Assembly: GCA_034226945.1 (NCBI GenBank) | Contig: CP120463.1 | Coordinates: 124,001-188,000, forward strand | Reading direction: 5' to 3' | Length of the DNA stretch: 64,000 nucleotides | DNA from: Picochlorum sp. SENEW3 | Lineage: Eukaryota | Part shown: positions 38,001 to 49,746 of the stretch, piece by piece | How positions within the stretch are numbered: position 1 is the first letter of the stretch | Layout: each line of letters starts with the position of its first letter | Program-made: the position numbers and the translations under genes | The notes under the pieces: model-generated | What the model saw: the letters and a program-made list of their open reading frames with translations, nothing else | Database searches by the model: none | Told to the model about the DNA's origin: nothing

Positions 38001-41000
38001 AAATGCACAGGGACCTGCGATTGGATTTGCCTGGAAAGACTATTGCAGCAGACAGAGGCCCAGTCATTTTGCACACATGCTCGGGTTTATTGGCACTGTG
38101 TTCAGTCATGGATGGAGCAGATGACATATCTGTGAGTCAAATTGCATACAAGTCGCATCAAATTTATCGTTGCACGTCCAACCTTTGTCGGATGAGTAAA
38201 CATGATTTGACGGTGGATGTCCACTTGAAGGAATGGAGGACTGCAGTTGATATGCTGATTGTCGTTGCTACATCCTTTGCACCAAAAGGAAGAGTTGGTT
38301 TTCCGAGTGTACAAGATCTTGTAGGCCCTACTGGAACTATTATACCTAATCGAGATGCATTGAGAGCGCTGCATCATGAAATATTATTGCTGTTACAAGC
38401 ATCGCTGTCAAACCAGAGTGAGCTGCTTGACCATCTGGAACAGTCTCTGAATATTCTGTTGCTCGACATTGCGAGCACATTAAATACTCCAAGAGGTGCG
38501 GACTGGATACCGTTTGATTTTCATCTGCAGTATATGTGGACAGAATGAAATTTTCGATGATCTGCATGCTGGGAATTTATCATTTTTTTATTTTTACAAT
38601 GCAGGAATGCAACTTAGAGGGAAATCCCTTGCTCTGTTATCATTAGTCTACATCAGTCTCTCACGACCCTACCAAGCGTTTGATCCTGTCTTAGCAAAAA
38701 TGATGGAGAAAGAAGATTTACAGAAGAAAATTGATCATTTGTACGAGCCAGAAATTGTGTGCAGGCGTGCATTTTCGGCGTTGCCTTTATCCTCTCCTCA
38801 GAGCGTGAAAGTCTCAAGGCTTCTCGAAGGCATTGAACTCTTTAGTCGCAGGCAAGGTGAGATCCTTCAATCAAAATCCGCAAGGCCAAAAATCTCTCAG
38901 TACCTTGAACTCCGAGATTATATAACAGAGTTCATTCAGCATTTTATTGAAGAGAGGATGAAAAATCTTATAGCTGCAATGGAGGCTTCGAAAATAGAGG
39001 ACATTTTGTTTTCTCAGGCTGAAAGTTGGAATGGAAGTGTTGATACTTTTGTTGAAAGCCTTGAAGGTAAATATCCTTGCTATAAAGACATATACGGTCC
39101 AGTGGAATTGAGTCTCAGGATGATGCAATATGGAATAGATTTGATGCGGATCTCGAAGGAAATGGATGGGAACAGTGATTTGCCTATGCTAGTGCAGAAT
39201 CTAGTAGAAAACCTCCTATCTATCAATCCAAAGGGATTAGACATGTTGTCTGACGAGGAAAATACAGCGAGGGTGCTTGAAGCCATCCATGGTCAGGGCG
39301 AAGAGGCTAGGCCTGAGAAAGTCATATCAGAATTGCTCAAGTTGTATGGGTTCAATCTCCAAATCTTACAACAACAACTGACCAAAGTCGTACCACCTGA
39401 GCAAAGGTATCAAATCTTAAAAAAGTTTGAAATCTTAGCTATGCGTGTGCATAAACTTTGGAAAAGATTAGTTGAGGAGGAAAGATCTCGAATCATCGAA
39501 GAAGCAAGATCATTTGAAATCAAGGGCAGGCAGCTTGAAATGTTAGAGCAAGACGAGCAAGAAGAGAGAGCGTTCCGTTCCCTTTTCCTAGGCTCCTTGT
39601 CTATCTTTGAAGATATCGATCTTGATGAAGGGGATGATGGTGAGAAAATAAAAGAACCAGACTCGTTTAAGAATGACCAGTGTCTCTTGGAGAGGAAGGA
39701 AGTGTCTGACATGCTTTTGTCCAGACTTTTCGAGATCTTTACATTAATCTCGAGCCCGGATCTTTCTGAAATGATAAATAGACAGGAGACAATGGCAATA
39801 GAAATGAATTCCAGACTACTGTCAGGGATGGAAATGATTCAAGGATTTGGAGGATCTTTACCCAGCAGCCTAGACCAGTTCTGTATCCCGGGATTCTTGT
39901 ATACTCTCTCACACGAGTGGAATTACTTATCCGGTAATGTCGAAGAAGCAGTGTTCAGTATATACTCGAGAAACATCAAAGAAGCTTCCAGAGCACTGGA
40001 ACCAGTTACAAATGTTTTAGTGAAAGTGGATGAACTCCTTAGTGAATGGCCAGAGCACCCAATCCTGGATCAATTGAAAAAAATCGGCACAAGAATTTTA
40101 TCATTACCGTTGAAATCCACCCTTAAATACTATTCGACAGGTATTGAACTGCTTTTGAGCCGTGCTCAGCTTTGGGAGGAGACAGCTGCCAAGCATGTAT
40201 CGCTTTCAGACCTTCTGAAACCTCTGATCTCAATCGCCAATTCTTGGCGAGAATTGGAACTCAAAAGCTGGAAAGATAGTCTTAATAAGGTGCGAAGAGA
40301 GATGATAAAGGAAGCAAGAGAGTCCTGGTTTTTTATGTTTGGTATCATCACAGAGGATCTGGACTCCTTTGTCAACTTTGTCAACACGATGGACTCATTC
40401 ATCCAGAGCTCAACAATAGGGCAATTTGGAGAAAGAATCGATATTCTTCAAAAGTTTGGCAGATATCTCGAGCAATGGTGCCCTGAACATGTTTTGATTG
40501 ATCAGAAAAACCTCATGGCCAATTCCTTGAAGAATATGGCTGCGTACTATGCCGAATATGCCCCAGCGGTTGAGAAATATATCACTGAAGGAATGAAACC
40601 ACTAGAAAAAGAGCTATCTGACTTTATTTCACTGGCAAAATGGGAAGATCGAGGTTTCTATGCCATGAAAGGTTCCAAAGAAAAAGCATATAAGCAGTTG
40701 CATAAAATTACGAAAAAGGCCAAAGACTTGTTGTCAACATCTTGCAGCGTCTGTTTACGATCTGAAGCTCACTCTATTGGAATCGAAAAGATATCAAACA
40801 ATGGAATCTCATCTGGGACAGAGTCCTTGTTGGCTGTATTCCAATGTCATATCTCAAGCCTGCCTGTCACTGATCAGAAACTTACAGAGATTCCCAAACA
40901 TGCGGAGATCGGGAAATACTCTGGACAGATCGATCGACTCTCCAAAAAATTTAGAATCATTACACGTGACTCATCGTTGCTGGAGAAACTTTATGATATA

Positions 41001-44000
41001 TCACAAAGAATGCACGAAATATCTGTGGTGGCTCTGAAGCAATCAGCGCTGTTGAAGACTGATATCTCCAAAGGAGCAAAATCACGCAAGAAGAAAGCAT
41101 TATCGGACTACTTTAAATATCTAGAGGGATGTGGAATCAGCAAATTACAAAGTTCCATACCACATGACGCCAGAGATGCTCATTATTGGACAAGATTGGT
41201 ATGCAGAAATTCATTACTTTGAAAACATATGCAATCAGCAACCGTGACGAAGTTTTTGACCTGCAGAATACCCCATGCGTTGAAGAGATTTGGAGAGACA
41301 TACCATCCACTTTTGAAAAAGACAAATATTGGAATGTTGCGAATTCTTACTACTTCAAATGCATTGCTTGTGCCATGCAGCTGGCTGAGGTACGGAATCA
41401 ATCATGCCAGTTAGTAAAATGAGTTGCTATGCGTTTCTTAATGCTCACTTGAGATTTTTGTTTGCAAATATTGCAGGTATCTCAACAACCACATGAAGAT
41501 ATTCAGCCGCGAGAAGTTCAGATATCAAACAATCTAGGGTTGCATCTATTATTTATGATGCATGAAACTAGAAGTTTGATTGGGGAATCAACCAAGTATC
41601 TCAGATTCTTCAAAAAAGCTACCTCTGTTGTGAGCAAAATGCATGGCAGCTGCAAGATCTCGCATTTGGACTATATCGAAATTCAAGAACATATGTCTTC
41701 TTGCATACATCACAGTGCAGTCTTTGCAGACTACCTGCGGACCCTGACTGGCAGCAGTCACGACAGTTTGCCATTGGAAAAGATGTCAGGATTGCTCAGC
41801 TTATTGGAGTCAAGCAGCCCTCTTCTTTTGTCACTAAGTAAGCAGATGATCGAAGAAAGAGATAATTCCGTGGAATTGGGTGATGGTAAATTCTACATCA
41901 CTGCTGCTATGGAAACTCTGGTCATGAAAAAGTGTCTGCCATTGAGAACCCTAGCAATCTCAATTCATCAGAATTGCGCAGGCGATATACCAGGTGTAAG
42001 CGACCTTCGTGTCTGTTACAAGTCATTTGTTGAGTCAATTGATAGAATTTGCGCAGCAGAGCAGCAGGAGCATTCCTTCAACAGCTCTGCATTTTACACA
42101 GCATTCGAAGACATGGTCACATCTTGCCTTATCTGGGCACAAAGTGGCACGCCGAGAGAATTAAATTTCAACCTAGATAGCATACCAGTATTGATAAACG
42201 AGATTGGAGGATCTTTGGCGATGCCAAATTTGACCAGGGTGCAAAACAGTACGATGTCTTGTCTCCAGATGCTAGCTGGTAGTGCCAGACACAGGGAAGA
42301 AGATATGATGTCTAATGCTCTGCCAATGTTAGCAAGTATCAAGGAAAAGCTCCAAAACACAATTTTATACCTTCTGGTGGCGCATAGGTGTCTCGCAAAA
42401 TTGAGTTTCATCTCTCTGAACATCTTCTGCAACCTGATCAGAGATGGATTCTGCATTCCAAAACCTGAGGGAGAAGAGAACGAAATCGAACAAACCAAAG
42501 AAGGAACCGGACTTGGTGAAGGCGATGCTACTGGTGCAAATGACATAAGCAATCAATTGGAGGATGAAGATCAGATTTTGGGTGCAGAGAAAAGAGAGCA
42601 TAAGGACGATGAAAAGGAGACAGAAGACAAGGGAAACAGCGAGGCTCAAGGAATAGAGATGGAAGATGATTTTGAAGGTCAGATTGAAGATATTCCAGAA
42701 GAAGATGACGAGCACGAGAGTCAGAAAAGTGAGGATGAAATGGAAACTGAGCAGCTTGAACAGCAGATGGGTGATGCCAAGGATGCTGAAGAAGTCGACC
42801 AGAAATTGTGGGATCACGAGGACGAAGACGAAGTACGCAGGATTTTTTTTTTACATATTGTTAGATTTTGTGGAGTCGTCTCGGCTAACAATGTACTGAT
42901 CTCTTGATGTAGGACAAAGTGGCTGAAGATAACAATACTGGTGTTGTGGACAATGCTGAATCCCTAGATTATGCACAAGGCGACGAAGATGCCGCTAATG
43001 TACAAGAAGAAGAAAAGGATGCACGGGAAGACAAGAAGGATGAGCCACAAAAGGACGGGTACAGTGAAGAGGAAGAGCTTCCTGGGGACTATGAAGAGAA
43101 TGTAGATACTGGTTTCTTAGAGCCAGAGCAGCCAGAAGAGACTACAGAATTTCCGGATCAAATGAACCTTGATGATATAGGTGAGGATGACGAGAAATAC
43201 GAGGAAAACGAATCTATTGAAAATGAGGGAGAGGAGGAGGAGAAAGCACAAAATGAGGAGGAGGCTAGGAGCGATAGTAATCGTGATGAAAGCGAAGAAG
43301 AGAACAGGAGTGGAAGCGATCAAGAGAATGAAGAGTTGGCAGATATGCAAATAGATGAGACTGAGATGGAAAATCCAGCAAATGACGATGAAGCCATAGA
43401 TGATATGGTTGCCCCTCAGGCAGATGGCGTGACAGAGGAACAAGAGCAGGGCACAGGTCCTCAGCAAGCTAACATGGGGAATTCAGAGCAGGATGAGGCT
43501 AAAGGAAACGAAATCAATGGGGGGACAAAGAGAGAAGGAGAAGATGCCCATGGTATTGAAGGGCAGACTACTGTGGACAACACCTCTGATGCTCATGACA
43601 GGCGGGATGACAAGCAGACAAAACTAGATACAAATCCATTTCGCAGTATTAGCGCAGCTGCAGAGAGCTGGGAAAAGAAACACATCGTCAATGAAGAACT
43701 CGATGACGAGCACAAGGAAACTGCACCACAGCAAGGAGATTCAGAGCCAGGCTATCAAGAGCACAGGTTTGTAAGAGAGGATGAAAATCAACTCCACGTG
43801 GACGAGAATGTAATGGCAGATGCAACAGAGGAGCAGGCTCAGCATGCTGTTCAAGACCATGACCATGAAATAGAGGATTTAGACAAGGATAGAGTGGAAG
43901 AGGAAACAGCAGATGCAAGAGATAAGGCAGGTTTTGCTGGCGAAAGGAAAGAAGGCAATTCCCTGCAGAATTTGACGTCTGAAGAGAAAGGTGAAAAAGA

Positions 44001-45057
44001 AAAAAGTATCGACGAGACTAGAGACCTGACGTCTGAATTTAGCAAGGGCACCTTGCTCAACATAGATAGATTGAAGTTGAATGATGACCCAGAAATGAAC
44101 CAAAATACCCAAGATATGGATTCTTTGCAAAAAGAATTGGAGCTCCGAATATCTCAAATCAAAGAAAAAGAAGTTTCAGAAGACATTGCCGACCTTGAAT
44201 ATGGAAGAGAAATCTGGAGCAAATGTGAAGCGTTGACATCCCATCTGTCGGGAAGGCTGGCAGAGGAACTTAGATTGATTCTGGAGCCAACTCTTGCAAG
44301 CAAGCTTGGAGGGGAATATCGATCTGGAAAACGCATCAATATGAAAAGAGTTATTGGCTACATTGCTAGTCACTTCAGAAAAGACAAAATTTGGATGCGC
44401 AGAACTATGCCAGATAAGCGACGATATCAAGTGCTTCTTGCTATTGATGATTCTCGATCAATGGCAGAGACATCTTCTGGTGCATTTGCGCTCGAGTCGA
44501 TAACTGTTATTTGCAATGCAATGTCGAGAATCGGCATAGGTGACTTGGGTATCTTTCGTTTTGGGGGGTCAATTGGTGCTGAACTTCTCCATCCACTCGA
44601 CAGGGCATTCTTGCCAGCAGATGGGGCACGAGTGATGTCACAGATGAAATTCAACGCTGACAACACTATCGATGACAAGCCGATGGTTGATTTAATGACA
44701 TCTGTTGATATGATTCTGGAAAAGGAGGGTCATCATACCTCACAAGTCCTCCAGCAGCTTGTTATAATCCTTGCTGATGGACGATTCCATGAAAAAACTG
44801 GTCTACAAAAGGCGGTGATGGATGCAACTTCGCGCCCAGGTGTGATGTATGCATATATAATACTAGACAATACAGAAAATTCAATACTGGATATGCAGTC
44901 AGTATCTTTTGGACCAGATGGAAAGCCGAGTTTCTCAAGGTATATTGACTCCTTCCCATTCCCCCTGTACACTGTATTACAAGATATTCAGCATCTACCG
45001 ATAGCTATGGCTGATTTACTGAGGCAATGGATTGAATACAATGCAACGAATTCATAA
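29018..45057 (+). CDS. MDN1: Midasin (Rea1) AAA+ ATPase, multi-exon
   Basis: Six P-loops (GPPSSGKS, GETGVGKT, GPTSSGKT, GETGIGKT, GSPGVGKT, degenerate GPSGCGRS), a long linker, a D/E-rich tail and a MIDAS domain (IDDSRSM, YIDSFPFP). About 13 short introns. Exact start uncertain. Confidence 0.96.
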
Positions 45058-45381
45058 TGATTGATGATTTAATTATTAATTTATTTCTATTGTGATGCAA
45101 TAGACCTGTCCTTGGGTTTTCTTTCCCTGCGATTATAGAGGAACAGTAGCCTAGTACTCCCACTCCACCACAAAGCATTTTTATTGTGCAGGGTGGTGAC
45201 AGGGTCGCTTATGACTATGAACCAACCAAGAGTGGTTCCTGTCATGCAAATTCCTTAAATAAAAAAAGGGTATAGTACTTTTATTTGAACATGCAACAAT
45301 TCGAGCGGGAACCGCCTGGAATGCAGATATAGTCGGCCCTACCTAGCGGTAACCCGTCGTAGGCCTGCTTCCGCCGGCTCA

Positions 45382-45453
45382 GGGCGTATAGTCTAGTGGT
45401 ATGATACTTGCTTAGGGTGCAAGAGGTCTCGAGTTCGATTCTCGATTCGCCCC
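45382..45453 (+). tRNA. tRNA-Pro(AGG)
   Basis: GGGCGTATAGTCTAGTGGTATGATA-CTTGC TT AGG GT GCAAG-AGGTC-TCGAGTTCGATTCTCGA-TTCGCCCC. Confidence 0.95.
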
Positions 45454-45474
45454 AGTTTGGTTTATTTTATTTTA

Positions 45475-46084
45475 GGCCGCTCTTAATTGATTCCGTGGTT
45501 CCCGTCCCCGAGCGAATGGATTTCGCGATGGTATGCCCAAAAAATTAGAATGGCGTCTATCTCATCATTCGTGAAGAATTTGCACTTTTCGAGGTCACCA
45601 TGCGATAGAGCTCGTCAAAAGGAGTTGATTGACGGGCTTTTGGGGCCAAACTCGATCATGGACCATCGTTGATGGCCGTGGACTGGATCCAGCCATGACT
45701 CCCCAGTCGGCCAAATTCAAATTGTGCAATTGACCTCATAGACTCTATAAGGCTCCAAAAGAGAAGAAAGAGCTATGAAGAGCCACTGTATCTATACATT
45801 CTCGAATAGATCGCGGTTGGCAGAGGTCTGACTGTGATGTTGACCAGACCAGCCTTGGGGAGATGCCCCACACGGAGCCATACGGTGATTTTTGACTTCA
45901 AACTCCACAAACGGTGTCTAAATTACATCTATATTGCAGAACTATTACAAATCTAGAGATTTGAAGGCATTTGGACGCCCTATTGACGATTTTATTTTTC
46001 GAGCTTTTCTCATTTTTCGAGCGCCTACCGACTGGATTCTGAGAACCACCTAGACGGGAACCACGGAATCAATTAAGAGCGGCC
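45475..46084. mobile_element. Non-autonomous TIR transposon (PIF/Harbinger, Tourist-like MITE)
   Basis: Perfect 32-bp TIRs GGCCGCTCTTAATTGATTCCGTGGTTCCCGTC at 45475-45506 and 46053-46084. TTA target duplication on both sides. No transposase ORF. Confidence 0.88.
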
Positions 46085-46307
46085 TTATTAAATTAAATTA
46101 AACAAATGGAGGTCAGATTTTGCCAATGTCTTCTGGAGTCGTTGACAATCCTGCTGTTTAAAATACTCATTCGGTTATACCAGAACATGCAGCCGTTTTA
46201 TGCATCTCCTTCTGTGATGAACATGCACTTGTAAGTCTTCAACATCAACATGCCATAATCTTGATGTATGTTGCATCAGGTAAAAATAAATAACATTTCT
46301 TCAGCGT

Positions 46308-47893
46308 TCAGTGAGATATCAGGATCACTCCTTTGCAATCAGAGACTCTTGCAGACCATGAAAAGTACACGAATGTGCCAAGTAGAATTGCTGCAAACGA
46401 ACCCCAGACAAGCACTGAATAGAACGATTCAAGAGGAACTGACAACGAGGCTCCCACACCTAGCATGAAAATCTCAGAAAAACTACAGAGAGCCATTTCG
46501 GTTGAGGCAGTCGCAGCAGTCTCAGATTCGTCAACATTTTGTTGGAACAATTGCGCATTCACCATGTCAAAACTCCACAGGCCAATTCTAGAAGATACAA
46601 TGCCACCTGTGAAAAGAATCAATGGCCACGCACCACTTGACAAATTGCTGAATACAAATATAGCCAAAGATGTACCAAGAGAAGCTAGAAGCATAAGCAG
46701 TGCATATCGTCCTGACTGTATCAAGCCAAAGTTTCTAATCAAAAACTTCCCACACCATGACCCAACAAACCCCATAATGGCACACGATCCTCGAAATATT
46801 GCAAGAGAAGATCCATTCATCCCTTGGGATGTCAGAAAAGCCGTAAGGATTCCTCCTGGGGACAGAGCTACGTTAAAGAACAAAAGGACAAACACCAGGC
46901 TGGACGGAAGAATTGGTTGCCGAAAATATGCTCTCCAACTCCCCTGGCGACTCTGGCGGGGATTCTTTTGCACTGTTTTCTTTCTATTCATTGATTCAGG
47001 AGCAATGCTCTTGATTTTGTAGACCAGATTGTAAAGAATGGGTGTGCTTGCCACTGCAATCAGTGTTGTGTACACCACTGAACCTAGTGGGCCAGCTGCA
47101 TCATACATCCATCCGAACGATACTGTTCCTGCAAAATCACAAGCTAAGTCCATCTTACGAAGCATAGAGTTACTATTCGCCAAGGCCAAGTTATTCTCCT
47201 TCCCGCACAGCTGGGTCACCCAGTCACGCTCGATAGCAACTTCAGAAGTGACTGCTGCAAGTTTCTCCATCATGGAGAGGAGAAGAACAATATGAAATAT
47301 TGGGGCTACTGTGATAGACAAAGAATAATGAAATGCCAATAATAGTATAAGACCCGATGCGATTATGGAAAAACATTGTAAACCTAGGAGTGAAGCAACA
47401 CCAAGTGCCCTGTCAACCGAGTCCAACAATCTCCCTACACGAGGAGCGAACAACGAGCACGCCAAAGGAGATACAAAGCATAACATGGCCACAGCTTTGT
47501 AACCACCTGCATACCAGTATCACTACGCTTTTGGCCCATCTCAATGAACATGTACGGAGATGTCAACATACCTTCAAGGTTTGCAAGAATGAGAGGCAGA
47601 GCAAATCTCCAAGTTCTCTCCATCAAACATGCACAAAAGTACAGCTGATACAAGTAATGTATTCCATCATTGCTATCTGAAACATCATTCACATAAGAAG
47701 ATGCGTTCGTGATTAACACGCAAGGGGTCTGTGGAAGTGTGTTATTTCTCCCTAATGTGTTCCTATACCGACGTAGGGTTGAGAAGGAAGAGCAACACCT
47801 CGCAATGGATGTACCATTGCTATAGTTGGAAGTATATACGCCATTCTTGAGATGAAATGCTCTTTGCGGTATCCCAACAGCAGAGATGAACAT
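46308..47893 (-). CDS. Ferroportin family transporter (IREG3/MAR1-like, probably plastid)
   Basis: Intron 47507-47571. Motifs ERTWRFALPL, VAIERDWV, NSMLRKMDL, FNVALSPG and SRIGLWSFD. Transit-like N-terminus. Confidence 0.9.
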
Positions 47894-47977
47894 GTCTCGT
47901 TCACCAAACTACGCGGGCGATATAAATAGCATCAGATGGTGTTCATTTCCACATATCGAGAAAGTAATAAAATATTT

Positions 47978-48746
47978 TCACACAGTCTTGCAGAGAATAT
48001 CATTCTCATGCAAGACAATGTACTTTTCACCATTTGAGGTCTCCATGGCATCCCCAGCATACTTGAAGTATACAACCTGATCGCCCTCAGACACCTTGAG
48101 AGGCTTTCTTTTGCCACTCTCATCGATCTTCCCTGCTCCACATCGCACAACAGTCCCACTCAGAGGCTTTTCCTTTGCAGCGTCTGGTAAAATGACGCCT
48201 CCCATGGTGACATCACGTTGCTCTGAAATTTTCAACAACACCCTGTCTCCAACTGGCCTGAGCTCTGGAATATCATCAGCTGTAGCACCGGAGCGAGGCA
48301 TAATACCGATGACATCATCCTCCCTGATCAAAATGTGTTCCTCACCCTGGAGCAGTAGATCCGTAGCTCCAAGGCCAAATTTGCTATACAGAATAGTGTC
48401 ACCCTCCTTCAAGGTGAACTCATAATCGCCGGTGGGCAACTTGCCATCTCCAACTGCAATAACATCACCCGAAGTTGGACGCTTCTGGGCTTGGTTAGGA
48501 AGCAGAATGCCACCGGTTGTCTTCTCCTCCAACTCTGCCACCTTGGCAAGGAGCAGCTTTCCCTTGGGCATCACCTGAGAGACACATACGGCGATGATGA
48601 TGCTCGTTATCACAATAAAAAACAATATGAAATATCAATCTGCGTACCTTTGTCACCGTCGGAGGCAATTCCATAGTGGAGGCCCTCACCGACACGGCTC
48701 TTGCTCTAGAAGCAGGGAGAGAACGACAGGAACTGAACGACTTCAT
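47978..48746 (-). CDS. CPN20: Chloroplast co-chaperonin Cpn20 (tandem GroES)
   Basis: Exons 48648-48746 and 47978-48574. Two GroES units (EEKTTGGILLP and PVGDRVL..TMGGVILP). Transit peptide. Confidence 0.95.
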
Positions 48747-48959
48747 GACCACAATGTGCTATTTTAATTATCAAACTATGTAATAATATGGCAGTACAGG
48801 GGATCAGTTCCAGATTTTATGGTCTTTTATTGAAGAATCATCCGGATGGCAATGCACTACAACATGAGAGAATTCCCAGCAGCATATTCGATCTTCACCG
48901 ATGGGTATGGCGATGCATTGAATTAAATCTTACTATAGATACTGAGAGTATTTGAAATC

Positions 48960-49724
48960 ATGCATCGATTCGCTAGCATTGTATGCAGCAGTATGAAGGG
49001 AAAGAAGTTTGTGCTATACGATGTGCCAGTCAGTAATAATGGTGCAAGGATCAGAAATCTGATCTACAAGAAGAAGCTGGATCAGTTTATCGATATCAAG
49101 AGTCCTATGGAGATTGGGGGCCTCAGGAGTGAGACATACAGGCAGTTGAACCCGTATGGGAAGATGCCTGTTCTTGAGATGCCAGATGGTTCAGGGCTTC
49201 CCGAATCTCAGGTTATAGAGAGTTATATTCTTGACAAGTTCAGAGATAATGGACCTAGTTTGATTCCGGATACTGCAGAGAAGAGGGCTTTGGCTGCCCT
49301 GGTGGTACGGATCCATGACTTGTATATTGCACCGATCCAAGGGTGCTTGTACAAGCCTATGGATTCTGCAGAGGAGAGAGCAGAAGGGATCGCACAGATC
49401 GCGATGCAACTGGATACTATCGAGCGGTATTGTACTGGACCATTTATATGTGGATCTGAAATGAGTTATGCGGACACGGCGATCATGCCGACATTTGTGT
49501 TTTTGAATTACATTCTCCCTCGTTTCTTTGGCTGGAAGGACGGAATTTTCCTTGGAAGACCAAAACTTGGAACATGGTGGGATTGTATGAACAAGGATGA
49601 CGATACTGCACGTGTGATCCGAGAAGTTGAATCAGGCTTGGAATCATGGAATGCATCAAATAGATGGGAAGAGAAGGGCATACTGAAAGATGTCTCTGAC
49701 ACAAGGTTCTGTTGGAATCCATGA
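48960..49724 (+). CDS. Glutathione S-transferase
   Basis: LNPYGKMPVL, LPESQVI and GPFICGSEMSYAD. Confidence 0.9.
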   Translation: MHRFASIVCSSMKGKKFVLYDVPVSNNGARIRNLIYKKKLDQFIDIKSPMEIGGLRSETYRQLNPYGKMPVLEMPDGSGLPESQVIESYILDKFRDNGPSLIPDTAEKRALAALVVRIHDLYIAPIQGCLYKPMDSAEERAEGIAQIAMQLDTIERYCTGPFICGSEMSYADTAIMPTFVFLNYILPRFFGWKDGIFLGRPKLGTWWDCMNKDDDTARVIREVESGLESWNASNRWEEKGILKDVSDTRFCWNP

Positions 49725-49746
49725 ATGCAGCTAGGACACATGTGTC

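Noticed and set aside
42460..44100. Long D/E-rich low-complexity stretch
   Set aside because: Normal acidic tail of midasin.
45205..45380. Group I intron remnant (GACTA..AGATATAGTC), SRP RNA or telomerase RNA
   Set aside because: No convincing P/Q elements, SRP helix 8 or telomere template.
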